This document shows positions 45,396 through 54,434 of a stretch of 64,000 bases of DNA, one piece after another; positions within the stretch are counted from its first letter, which is position 1, and each line of letters starts with the position of its first letter. A model generated the notes under the pieces. The model searched no databases. It was not told the origin of the DNA and saw only the letters and a list, made by a program, of their open reading frames with translations. The position numbers were made by a program, and so were the translations under genes. Origin of the DNA: a virus. The DNA lies in IMG/VR virus record IMGVR_UViG_3300050821_006672, positions 32,001 through 96,000 of that record; one strand, given 5' to 3'.

Positions 45396-46294
45396 GAGTT
45401 GTCGTCCTTACTACTCACACTAACAACACGCCGATCTTGTATTCGGCGCTGGCGGCAAGTCGTAGTGTTTCCGTCATCACTTACGATCGAATGCACTCTT
45501 TCGACTATTTGTCGGAACAGGTGGAGCAACTCAATCCCGACTGGGTTCTCTACATCGGCGCTATTCCCGAACACCATCGCTTGCGTGTTCCGTCTATTCC
45601 CGAGTTGAAGGCAATCCAACGCAAGAAAGTTCACTTATGCTGTGATGGTGCTGACGATGCGTGGTGGTCTCTTCTGGGTGATTACCATACCCACAACGTC
45701 TTCGATTTGCAGATCAATATTGATGGTGTGAAAGCCGGACCTATTGGCGATCACGGCTGGACGACTATCGCCCCGATCGATCCTTCAGGCTTTGGCGAGC
45801 CCATTCCCTGGTCGCAGCGTAAGACGTTCGCAGGCTTTGCAGGATTAGTGATGGGGGGTGACCGTGCTGAGACGTTACGAGCCCTAGTCGCCAAAGATTT
45901 GATTACTTACCGCTCTCGCGATGAAAAAGGCTCTGGCGATTATATCAGTTGGTTGAAGGATTGCTGCGTAATTTGGAATCATCCCGAGACCGGGGGAATG
46001 AAATCTCAGCACGTCAAGGCTCGTGTAATTGAAGCGGCGTTGGCTGGATGTCTTGTGCTGGAGAAATTGGGTTCGCCCTTAGAAAATTGGTTTGAACCGG
46101 GAATTGAATACTTTGAATGGATAGACGTTGAGCAGATTGTCTTGATATTGGATTGGGTTAAAGAGAACCCCTCCTATGCTGAGAGCCATGCGCGTAGAAT
46201 GCGTAATAAAATACTTACTCAGTACAACGTCGAGACTTTCTGGCAGCGTGTCGAGCGGCGGATAGGAGTTAGGGATTTGGAATGCGTGGCTTGA
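45392..46294 (+). CDS. CgeB-like glycosyltransferase (GT-B)
   Basis: HVKARVIEAALAGCLVL...WFEPGIEY C-terminal motif. Confidence 0.75.
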   Translation: MRVVVLTTHTNNTPILYSALAASRSVSVITYDRMHSFDYLSEQVEQLNPDWVLYIGAIPEHHRLRVPSIPELKAIQRKKVHLCCDGADDAWWSLLGDYHTHNVFDLQINIDGVKAGPIGDHGWTTIAPIDPSGFGEPIPWSQRKTFAGFAGLVMGGDRAETLRALVAKDLITYRSRDEKGSGDYISWLKDCCVIWNHPETGGMKSQHVKARVIEAALAGCLVLEKLGSPLENWFEPGIEYFEWIDVEQIVLILDWVKENPSYAESHARRMRNKILTQYNVETFWQRVERRIGVRDLECVA

Positions 46295-47166
46295 TTTTTA
46301 CGACCGGTTCTCGCGATACCGAGAAGATGTATCAATCTTTTACCTACCAATATCCAGACTCTATGGTTGTCCAATACGACAAGCCTAACCTTGATATGGT
46401 GCACATTGCTCAGTCGTTTAGGCCGGATATTATCGTTTGGATTGGCGCGCATCGCGGCTCGCATCACATTCCCGGCGTGCGTCCAGTTCCCGATACGGCA
46501 GAACTCGTGCGCGTTGGACGGGTTGCGCCGATGGTTCATCTGTGTCCGGACTCAGGCGACACGCCTTGGTGGCCTGAGATCGAGGATTTCCATCGGGCCG
46601 GTGCTTTCCGTCTTCAAGTAGGAATTGATGGGTGCCACGACTCGCCTATCGCCAGCTTCGGGATGGTAGCGCTTACCCCAATTGATCCCGCTTTCTTCCC
46701 TGATGTGCCTTGGGAGCATAAAATCTACAGATGCGGTTTCTCTGGCGGCGGGGGCTTTCGAGAGCAGATGCTTAATGGTCTTCAACAAAGAGGCTTTTTG
46801 ACCCGCTTTCAGGATAGTTCCTACAAGGATATGTGCATTTCCTACACACAGTGTAAACTGATCCTTAACGATGCACGGACGGGCACAGGCACCAAGCGCC
46901 ACGTCAAGGGAAGGTTTGTAGAGGCTGCATTAGCCGGCGCGGTTCCTATTGAGCCCCACGATGCCCCGACGCATAATTGGTTCAAGCCCGGTGAAGAGTA
47001 CTTGGTGTGGGCGAACGAAGGCGAAATTGAAGCGCATATTGGCAGAGTGCCTGAGTTAGACGAACAGTATCGCGCTATGGCTGCGAACCTGCGCAAGCGT
47101 ATGATAGAAGAGCACTCGGCCCCCGTGTTTTGGGGCAAGGTGCTTAAAAGGATGGGGTTGCAATGA
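46282..47166 (+). CDS. CgeB-like glycosyltransferase, paralog of 45392
   Basis: HVKGRFVEAALAG...WFKPGEEY; VHLCPDSGDTPWW here versus VHLCCDGADDAWW in 45392. Confidence 0.75.
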   Translation: MRGLIFTTGSRDTEKMYQSFTYQYPDSMVVQYDKPNLDMVHIAQSFRPDIIVWIGAHRGSHHIPGVRPVPDTAELVRVGRVAPMVHLCPDSGDTPWWPEIEDFHRAGAFRLQVGIDGCHDSPIASFGMVALTPIDPAFFPDVPWEHKIYRCGFSGGGGFREQMLNGLQQRGFLTRFQDSSYKDMCISYTQCKLILNDARTGTGTKRHVKGRFVEAALAGAVPIEPHDAPTHNWFKPGEEYLVWANEGEIEAHIGRVPELDEQYRAMAANLRKRMIEEHSAPVFWGKVLKRMGLQ

Positions 47167-47333
47167 CTCCTTACGAACGAGCGCAGATACGCTTGCAGGC
47201 ATTTAAGCTTTTAGCGGGGTGGGGCACCACCTTTCCTGGTGCAGAAAAATTGGAAGATCGATTTAAGCCCTGGGAATTGGAAAAATTAAAAAGTGAAGCC
47301 ACTGTGCTCGCTGATTGGGCGGTTAGTCCTTGA
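47163..47333 (+). CDS. hypothetical protein (56 aa)
   Basis: Hand-translated MTPYERAQIRLQAF...; overlaps both neighbours by 4 nt. Confidence 0.45.
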   Translation: MTPYERAQIRLQAFKLLAGWGTTFPGAEKLEDRFKPWELEKLKSEATVLADWAVSP

Positions 47334-48496
47334 TCTTCAACTTTTCGCTTTACAACTACACTCCTGGCGGCTTTGGGACGTATGAGGATATCATTCGTCC
47401 AATCAAAGCTATTCTGGAGGATTTGGGGCACGTCGTTACCCGTGATAATACGCTGCATCCGCCCCCGATTATCAACATCCTGTTTGAAGGCTTCGACCAG
47501 CCAGTTAACCTAGATGTTCTTAAGCGGGCTCGCGCTGTTGGGTACCGTTTTGTGCTTGTGGCAACAGAAATGCCTACCCACAAGACAGACCATTCATTCT
47601 ATTGGAACGATCATCGCATTACGTATTGGCTGGATCGAGCGAGCGGGTTCGTTGTGGCGCTGCCTTACGCTGATGCTGTTTGGTGTGTGGTTCAAGGAAC
47701 TGCTGAGTACCTTCGCAAATTTCATCCCCATACGGCCGATATTGAGTTGGGGTATAGTCCTCGACTGGTAAATTCAACCCGTGTTGAACCTCATTACAAC
47801 TTTTGTATCTATGGCTCGCCTTCTGAACGACGTTTCGAGATTACGGCTCAGCTGCGTAGTAGAGGGCACGGAGTAATTGAGAACTACACATTTCCCTTTG
47901 TTGAAGAGCGTAATCGCCTAGTGTTATCATCGCGGGTTGTTTTGGACGTCAAGCTTAAGCCTCACCTAACAGTTGTTTCTACGTCACGCATCGTTACGTC
48001 ACTCCATCTGGGCCGGCCTTGCATCTCGGAACCGCGCGGACCAGAAGCTACCCAAGTGCAGCGGTGGAAGCGCGCTACGAGGTTTGCTTACAGTGACGAT
48101 ACGTTTATCGATGAGGCTATTTCTATGTTGCCTCACTGGAGAGAGGGCCATCGCGAGCAGTTCGAGGCTCTAAGAAACATGCAGGCGATTGACATTCTCA
48201 ACGACGCAGTCAAGATTATCCCCGACAAATTCCCCGACGTTGTCGAGGGTGTATTTCAGATGCCGTTGCCTGGGAAGGTGCTAACTATCCATCAAGCTTC
48301 TGCGCCAGATAGCGCAAGTCCATATTTGCTGTGTTCTTACAACTACCACAATATAGTCGCTTATGGGCACGAGTACTTTGTGATACCGCAGGGGATTGGT
48401 GAGGTCAATCTAGCATTAGCGATTGATCGCGCTCGGCCTGGCATCCAGCGTTTTCCTTCCGAGCACGAGGCTAAGATGGCTGTGGGGGCGATATGA
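47330..48496 (+). CDS. glycosyltransferase-like protein with an extra C-terminal ~55-aa domain
   Basis: DLGHVV, FCIYGSPSERR, ERNRLVLSSRVVL and SRIVTSLHLGRPCISEP. Confidence 0.65.
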   Translation: MIFNFSLYNYTPGGFGTYEDIIRPIKAILEDLGHVVTRDNTLHPPPIINILFEGFDQPVNLDVLKRARAVGYRFVLVATEMPTHKTDHSFYWNDHRITYWLDRASGFVVALPYADAVWCVVQGTAEYLRKFHPHTADIELGYSPRLVNSTRVEPHYNFCIYGSPSERRFEITAQLRSRGHGVIENYTFPFVEERNRLVLSSRVVLDVKLKPHLTVVSTSRIVTSLHLGRPCISEPRGPEATQVQRWKRATRFAYSDDTFIDEAISMLPHWREGHREQFEALRNMQAIDILNDAVKIIPDKFPDVVEGVFQMPLPGKVLTIHQASAPDSASPYLLCSYNYHNIVAYGHEYFVIPQGIGEVNLALAIDRARPGIQRFPSEHEAKMAVGAI

Positions 48497-49515
48497 AGGT
48501 CGGGTTGGCAAATCAATTAGAACCTACTCGGTTCGACGAAGCGGTCGCTTTGGGCGAGCGGATTATTGAGTCCGTAGAGACGCGACCTCAGCTTATTGAA
48601 AAACTTGGCGTTGATCCTAGGTTTGGCTTTCCTGATGCAAATTGGCATCCTAAAGAGCAAAACGATTTCCGCGAGGGATACAATCTTCTTGCTACGCTCA
48701 AATGGGACGAGGTCAAATACTTGCGCTTTCGGGCGCAGAATTTCAATGGGTTTAGCTTACTGCATATGGCCTATGGTGTTGGGAGTTCTAGTGAGCCAAT
48801 ACCTGTTGACTACGATACGCGGTTGTCAGAAGAGTGTTTGGATGACTTGGTTGGACGTTGGCGTGAGAGAATTACGGGGCTTCCTCTTCAATTTATATTT
48901 CGTCCAAAAGCAATGCTTGGCGAGGTTGGCTGGCAATGGTTTGATGCTTCGGTTACGGGTGTACTGATCAATGCCGACACTGTTGCGTATCAGGAGCGGA
49001 TGTTTTTACTGTACAATGGTGCATTGCTGGAAACCCCGGATAAGGTATTAGAGATTGGTGGGGGGTATGGAGCACTTGCCTACGCCATAACTAACGGCCT
49101 TCCTGAAACCGAGTATTGGATTTGTGACTTGCCTGAGTCGCTTCTGTTCTCTGGCTTGTACTTGACGATGACTACGAATCGAGATGTAAAGCTTTGGCCT
49201 GAACGCGGCTCAATCACGCTAGTCCCTAATTATCTATTCGGACAGATCAAAGACAAATTCGATTTGTTTATCAACACACTTTCTCTAGCCGAGATGACTG
49301 AATATCAGGTTAGGATGTACGTGCAAGGAATACGCGACCTGATGAGCCCTGGAGCTAAGTTCTTCGAACAGAACCACCTCAACAACGATCTACCGGACGG
49401 TACTCACCAAGCTACAGTGAAGCAGATTTGTGCTGAGACATTCTCGGGAAGGACTAGCCTTCTTCATACGCCTTTTGAGATACTCAACGGTCCTGCCGAC
49501 GTGTGGAGTACGTAA
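48493..49515 (+). CDS. SAM-dependent putative sugar O-methyltransferase
   Basis: VLEIGGGYGALA, ICDLPESL and FDLFINTLSLAEM. Confidence 0.82.
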   Translation: MKVGLANQLEPTRFDEAVALGERIIESVETRPQLIEKLGVDPRFGFPDANWHPKEQNDFREGYNLLATLKWDEVKYLRFRAQNFNGFSLLHMAYGVGSSSEPIPVDYDTRLSEECLDDLVGRWRERITGLPLQFIFRPKAMLGEVGWQWFDASVTGVLINADTVAYQERMFLLYNGALLETPDKVLEIGGGYGALAYAITNGLPETEYWICDLPESLLFSGLYLTMTTNRDVKLWPERGSITLVPNYLFGQIKDKFDLFINTLSLAEMTEYQVRMYVQGIRDLMSPGAKFFEQNHLNNDLPDGTHQATVKQICAETFSGRTSLLHTPFEILNGPADVWST

Positions 49516-50282
49516 TGGCTGACGCTCCCGATCCGCTTTTCCTTTTGCAGCAGGACGGCATTTACGTGCCGTCTGAGCCTGTACTATCTCTAACGCAGGC
49601 TTTCGAATTCCGTTCCTATCTCAGCAGCGTCCCGGTTTACAGGCATCACATAGCGGGCAAGGCGACGGAGTCAGCCCCTAATTTTGCAACGGCCTGGAAA
49701 CAGGGATGGTCAGTGTTCGCTCCTAAGACGGAAGACGTCATCAAAGCGCCACACTGGTTCGAAACTGCGCTATCCTACATGTCCCTTGCCAAAGCCTATT
49801 TTCGTCAGCAGCCGCGTATGTATTCGATAAGCGCCTTCTGGACGACGCCGGCTGAAGGTCCGTTGTATGGCGATACGCAGACTTGGCATCGCGATCAGGA
49901 TGACAAGTTCCAAATGACGCTGTTTATGTTGGGCTCTGATGTGCCCGATCCTTCTGAGGGGGCGCACTTATATCAGCGGGGTACGCATAGGACACCTGAC
50001 GCAGACTTAGGGCGTGACCCTCCTTCGCCGCCCCCCTGCGGTATCGTTTCTACTGTCTACGGGCCTGCTGGAACGCTCGTCGTTGCAGATACCTGGGGAT
50101 TACACAAGGCCATTAGGCCAGCTAAGCTGCCCCGCTTACTTGTGTGGGCACGGTATGCAGTCGCCAATCCGCCCTTCACGTATGTTAACGATGGGCTCGC
50201 TCCGGTGAGTAGGGATTTGTTGGGCGACCGCTATCCGACCGATCCGGAGCTTCAGGAAGCAGTGAGGCTTGTCGCGGTATAG
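49515..50282 (+). CDS. 2OG-Fe(II) dioxygenase (PhyH-like)
   Basis: WHRDQD (HxD), YQRGTH, GPAGTLVVADTWGLHKA and a distal Arg. Confidence 0.8.
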   Translation: MADAPDPLFLLQQDGIYVPSEPVLSLTQAFEFRSYLSSVPVYRHHIAGKATESAPNFATAWKQGWSVFAPKTEDVIKAPHWFETALSYMSLAKAYFRQQPRMYSISAFWTTPAEGPLYGDTQTWHRDQDDKFQMTLFMLGSDVPDPSEGAHLYQRGTHRTPDADLGRDPPSPPPCGIVSTVYGPAGTLVVADTWGLHKAIRPAKLPRLLVWARYAVANPPFTYVNDGLAPVSRDLLGDRYPTDPELQEAVRLVAV

Positions 50283-50459
50283 AGCGGGAGAGGCCCTACA
50301 ATGGGACCGACAGAACTTAATAGCAGTATTTCTTTTCTTGAGAAATCAGTTAGGAACCTTATCCAAGAGGTTGTGCGGCTAGAAAAACGTATTGAAACCT
50401 TGGAAAGGGAACGCCGTCCTACAGACGCGATTTCTCCAACTCATTGGATAAGCGGGTAA

Positions 50460-50984
50460 ATGGCTACGATCCACGGTGGTGATAAGCTTAGGAACGCGCT
50501 AGTCAAGTTGACGCGCAACATCTCTAACGGCGCGACGCTGCATGTGGGCTTCTTGTCTGGTGCTACTTATCCCCAGCAAGCAAGGGCTGCGCTGCGAGCG
50601 CGCTATGCTAAGCGACGAAAGAAAGGTGTACAGGGAGCAGTAAAGGGTTCTGCTGGAGGTGTATCTGTAGCAATGATTGCTGCGATACAGGAATTTGGTG
50701 CTCCTAGCCGCAATATCCCCCCGCGTCCGTTCTTTCGGAACATGGTAAAAAACAAGAGTAAAGAATGGCCTGCGGCGATAGCTGCTCTGTTGAAGGCAAA
50801 CAACTACGATGCAAAGAGAACATTGGAGTTGACAGGGCAGGCGATTGCCGGTCAATTGCGGCAAAGCATAGTTGATACGAATAGCCCGCCGCTGAAGGCC
50901 ACTACAGTTAAACGGAAGGGGTTTGCCAAGCCCCTTGTTGATACTTCGCACATGCTCAATTCAGTTGACTATGAGGTCAAATAA
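50460..50984 (+). CDS. neck/tail completion protein
   Basis: LHVGF, IAAIQEFGAPSRNIPPRPFFR and KPLVDTSHMLNSVDYEV. Confidence 0.85.
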   Translation: MATIHGGDKLRNALVKLTRNISNGATLHVGFLSGATYPQQARAALRARYAKRRKKGVQGAVKGSAGGVSVAMIAAIQEFGAPSRNIPPRPFFRNMVKNKSKEWPAAIAALLKANNYDAKRTLELTGQAIAGQLRQSIVDTNSPPLKATTVKRKGFAKPLVDTSHMLNSVDYEVK

Positions 50985-51175
50985 TGGAGGAGGTTGCTAT
51001 GGTGTGTGAATATGTTTCCGCCGACCTCGGGCCGTGTCCGTACTGTCATCGGTGTGGAGATGTTTTGGAGAAGAACGGAAATACTTTATCCTGTCCCGGA
51101 TGTGGGGCAGTTCGCGATTGGGCGGATAAAGTCGCCGCCCGGCAGGCAATAAGAAAGTTGGAGCGTCTGCGATGA
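50984..51175 (+). CDS. small Zn-ribbon protein
   Basis: CHRCG...CPGCG. Confidence 0.5.
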   Translation: MEEVAMVCEYVSADLGPCPYCHRCGDVLEKNGNTLSCPGCGAVRDWADKVAARQAIRKLERLR

Positions 51176-51458
51176 TCCCCCGCAAACCAACTCCGACCGA
51201 GCCTGACTATCGCGTCCTCCGCGGCTGCTGGGTAGGCAGCGGTATGGCCTGCCGCGTATGGTATATTCAAGGCGGTCAGGTCCGTATGGTTTTCTCAAGT
51301 GGTATGTCGGAATGGGAAATCCACAAAGCGATTATGGAAGCGAGACGATGAATATTTTTGGGTATTTTGTAATGCTTGTGGTAGGAGTAACGTGGATTTT
51401 AGTACTTGCCTTAGCTGGGCGAGTGATTTTGGATCATATACCCAAAAGATAAGATACT

Positions 51459-51653
51459 ATGAACGAGCGCAATGGAAATACCGATACGCGCCGACCGAGA
51501 ATGGTAGCGCAGGCGACGCAGACATATGAAGATGCATTTCCCTATCCCTCGCCTAGCGAGATGCGCGATTTGCTGTCTAAGCTTCTGACTGAGCAGATCA
51601 AGACGAATTTGCTTTTGGCGAAGATCGAGAAGCTTTTGGTGGATGGTGCCTAA
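51459..51653 (+). CDS. hypothetical protein
   Basis: 64 aa, abuts the next ORF. Confidence 0.45.
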   Translation: MNERNGNTDTRRPRMVAQATQTYEDAFPYPSPSEMRDLLSKLLTEQIKTNLLLAKIEKLLVDGA

Positions 51654-51857
51654 ATGCGCGAATGGCTTGTGATTGAAAAGACTATTAGTCGATCTCCATT
51701 TGCGAGGGACGAAGAGCGCAAGCCGTCGGGGTACATACCCCGCGACGCTGCTGAGGCGTTGTTGGGACGCGATCTTGGTAAGGTGACTTTCTTTCGGCGA
51801 GACGAAAGTGAAAAGATGCGTCAGCATCCTGAGTGGTGTGAGGCTTTAGACGAATGA
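51654..51857 (+). CDS. hypothetical protein
   Basis: 67 aa, ATGA-coupled to the next gene. Confidence 0.5.
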   Translation: MREWLVIEKTISRSPFARDEERKPSGYIPRDAAEALLGRDLGKVTFFRRDESEKMRQHPEWCEALDE

Positions 51858-52870
51858 GCGTCTTTCTCGTTTGGTTAGGAAATCACACTCCAACGGGCCA
51901 GCGCTCGCTTGAAGATGTTGTCGGAATTTTCGGCCATCAACTTCGTGCTCTAGGTCACGAATGCATTTGGGACCCAAAGAACGATCAGTTCCTTACTCAG
52001 GATATGGGCTACAATATCATTGTCGAAGGCTTTACTGATGCGTCCATCTCCCTTATCGGTGCAGCTCACCAACAAGGCGCGCGTTTTATATGTATAGCTA
52101 CAGAGGAACCGACGCCAAAAGGCTTCAATCACGGCCGCGACCGCGAGATGGTAATGCGCCAGGAAAAGTTCCCGATGGCGGCGCAGTTCTTCGATGCGAT
52201 ATTTCACCTAGTCCCGGGGAATCATATAACGAACTGGTACGCTCAATATGCGCCTTCGGCTTACGTTGAACTTGGTTACGCCCGAACGCTCTATCGCCCT
52301 GATATTTGGCCTTTGTCTCTGCAGGAGCCTGTATACAACTTTGGGTTCTTCGGTTCGCTCACCCCACGTCGCCTTAAGATACTCAAGCGCCTAGCGCGGG
52401 CGATAGGGACGAAAGATGCTGTACGAATAGAAGCAACTTTCGCTACGCAGGAAGAGCGCGATAGAATCATGCGCGAGGCACGGGTAATCGTCCAGCTTCG
52501 CAAACATGAGGAGATGGGCCTTGTCTCTAGTTCTCGTTGCAACACTGCTCTGCATCTCGGTCGTCCCGTCGTTGCCGAGCCTCATCTTTTGGCTGATCAA
52601 TGGAATAGCATCGTCAAATTCTCGCAACATTGTGACGCCTGCGCCTCCGGACAAACAGTCAAACGGTCGCGTAACGAGGTCTGCGACCGGTGCGTCGAAA
52701 ACTTCATTAACGATTGTCTCCTGGCCCAGGCAATGTGGAAAGGCTTGCACGGTACGCAATTTGCGGCGTTCAAAGAGCGCATGACACCTGAGTACTGTGT
52801 CGGTCGCGCGTTGAAGGAAGTAGGACTGCGTCTGACTGTAAATTCACCGTTGAAAGTCTTCGCGGCCTAG
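51854..52870 (+). CDS. glycosyltransferase-like protein, paralog of 47330, with a CxxC...CxxC insert
   Basis: NIIVEGF, IATEEPT, ELGYA, FGFFGSLTPRR and SRCNTALHLGRPVVAEP; CDAC...CDRC insert. Confidence 0.65.
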   Translation: MSVFLVWLGNHTPTGQRSLEDVVGIFGHQLRALGHECIWDPKNDQFLTQDMGYNIIVEGFTDASISLIGAAHQQGARFICIATEEPTPKGFNHGRDREMVMRQEKFPMAAQFFDAIFHLVPGNHITNWYAQYAPSAYVELGYARTLYRPDIWPLSLQEPVYNFGFFGSLTPRRLKILKRLARAIGTKDAVRIEATFATQEERDRIMREARVIVQLRKHEEMGLVSSSRCNTALHLGRPVVAEPHLLADQWNSIVKFSQHCDACASGQTVKRSRNEVCDRCVENFINDCLLAQAMWKGLHGTQFAAFKERMTPEYCVGRALKEVGLRLTVNSPLKVFAA

Positions 52871-52878
52871 CGTATGAT
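52850..52878 (+). promoter_or_regulatory. sigma70-type promoter upstream of the tail genes
   Basis: TTGAAA-N17-TATGAT. Confidence 0.7.
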
Positions 52879-52884
52879 TAGATG

Positions 52885-53164
52885 TCTGAGTGGCTTTTCG
52901 CTTAGGGGGATTGATGCCGGTGGCGAATAGGCGCGTACAAGTCAATCCCCCACTAACTTATGGAGGTGCCAGCCGTGAAATCGCATCGCACTGGAATGTA
53001 AATTGTAGCTTTTGCGACCGGCCTGTTTTGTGAATGATGATGAAAAGGCGCTCCGCCTTTGAGGAGATTGGACTAGGGAGGCTGTCATGTAGTGAGGATC
53101 GCGGCGGTGGGTTGATAAAGCCAGCCTTTAGAATGCCCTTCAGCCCACCCGCCCCCACTGCATG
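52885..53164 (+). ncRNA. structured leader or ncRNA (family unknown)
   Basis: Stems GGGGGATTGA/TCAATCCCCC, CATGTAGTG/CACTGCATG and GGCGGTGGGTTGA/TCAGCCCACCCGCC; about 300 nt with no convincing ORF. Confidence 0.45.
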
Positions 53165-53171
53165 ATTTGAT

Positions 53172-53546
53172 ATGAACCTCCACAAAGTCGTTTCCGGCAC
53201 TATCTCTGCGGTCAACCAGAACCGGCGCGCTACGTTGCAGATTTCATCCGGCTATACGACTAATCCCGATGGCTCTCGCACGCCGCAGTACAGCAATCCA
53301 ATTATGGTGACAGCGCAGATACAGGCTTTGACGACGCACGACCTTCGGCATCTTGAGGGCTTGAATATTCAAGGCTCCCAGCGTTCGATCTATCTTAATG
53401 GCGCATTGAACGGCGCGCAGCGGCCTAGCGCTCTTGGCGGCGACTTGATTACGATCTACGACGGCACGCTTTGGCTTACTACGGCCGTTTTGGAACAGTG
53501 GGACAGCTGGGTAAAAGTCGCGGCCACGTACCAGAACAATGCGTAA
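53172..53546 (+). CDS. head closure (head-tail joining) protein
   Basis: MNLHKVVSGTISAVN...DGSRTPQY...QIQAL...GGDLI...VLEQWDSWVKV; position in the neck module. Confidence 0.8.
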   Translation: MNLHKVVSGTISAVNQNRRATLQISSGYTTNPDGSRTPQYSNPIMVTAQIQALTTHDLRHLEGLNIQGSQRSIYLNGALNGAQRPSALGGDLITIYDGTLWLTTAVLEQWDSWVKVAATYQNNA

Positions 53547-53684
53547 GAAAACATCAAAGCGACGTTGGAAAAAGCGGCTGCATCTTGGGCGCCTCATTCC
53601 CCGCTTAGTTTTTGATCAGTATCCCGACTTACAATCGCGGTTAGTTGGCGGTGTTTGGGACGATACATTTCTGGTTTGGCGAAG

Positions 53685-54419
53685 GTGCCTTCCCTTTCCG
53701 TAACCCAATCGGCCGCGCAAACGGTCCTGCGTTCGTTTCTAACGACGTTGCTACCGAATGCTGACGTTATTGAAGCTCAAAATAATCGCGTCCCTGAGCC
53801 CGCTAATGTCAACTTTATCGTTATGACGGCCATACGCCGCGACCGCATCGAAACCAACACGGATAGCTATGTCGACGTCCTCTTCACCGGTTCAATTGCA
53901 AATACTGTGCTCACCGCGAGCAGTTTCAACTTTGGTTCCCTATCAAACGGTAACCCTGTGTTCGGTATCAACGTTGCTCCCACCACTAGCATCGTCGGTC
54001 AGCTATCCGGTCCGGTTGGTGGGCCTGGAACCTACACCGTCACACCAAGTCAAAACGTCGCCTCAGAACTCCTAGCCTCCGGAACCCAATCGCTCCTTTC
54101 GCCCACAGAACTCACTTATCAACTCGATGTGCATTCCAACACTGTCGATACCGCTGCAACAATGGCGCAGATAATTACTACGGCTTTTCGTGACTCCTAC
54201 GCCTTCGATTTCTTTACAGCCCAAAATCCTAACGTTGTCCCGCTCTATGCTGATGAGGCCAAGCAGATAGGGTTTATTTCGGGAGAGGACCAATGGGAGA
54301 CACGCTGGATTATTGAGGCTCATCTACAGGTGAACGCTGCGCTCATCAATCTGCCGCAGCAATTCGCTGGTGCGCTAAGCGTCGGTTTGGTGGACGTGAA
54401 CGCTACGTACCCTCCGTAA
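53685..54419 (+). CDS. tail terminator/completion protein with an inserted G/T/S-rich module
   Basis: VIEAQNNRVPEP, YQLDVH and PLYADEAKQ...QWETRW; immediately before the sheath. GTG start inferred. Confidence 0.75.
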   Translation: MPSLSVTQSAAQTVLRSFLTTLLPNADVIEAQNNRVPEPANVNFIVMTAIRRDRIETNTDSYVDVLFTGSIANTVLTASSFNFGSLSNGNPVFGINVAPTTSIVGQLSGPVGGPGTYTVTPSQNVASELLASGTQSLLSPTELTYQLDVHSNTVDTAATMAQIITTAFRDSYAFDFFTAQNPNVVPLYADEAKQIGFISGEDQWETRWIIEAHLQVNAALINLPQQFAGALSVGLVDVNATYPP

Positions 54420-54434
54420 GCGAGGACCAATACA

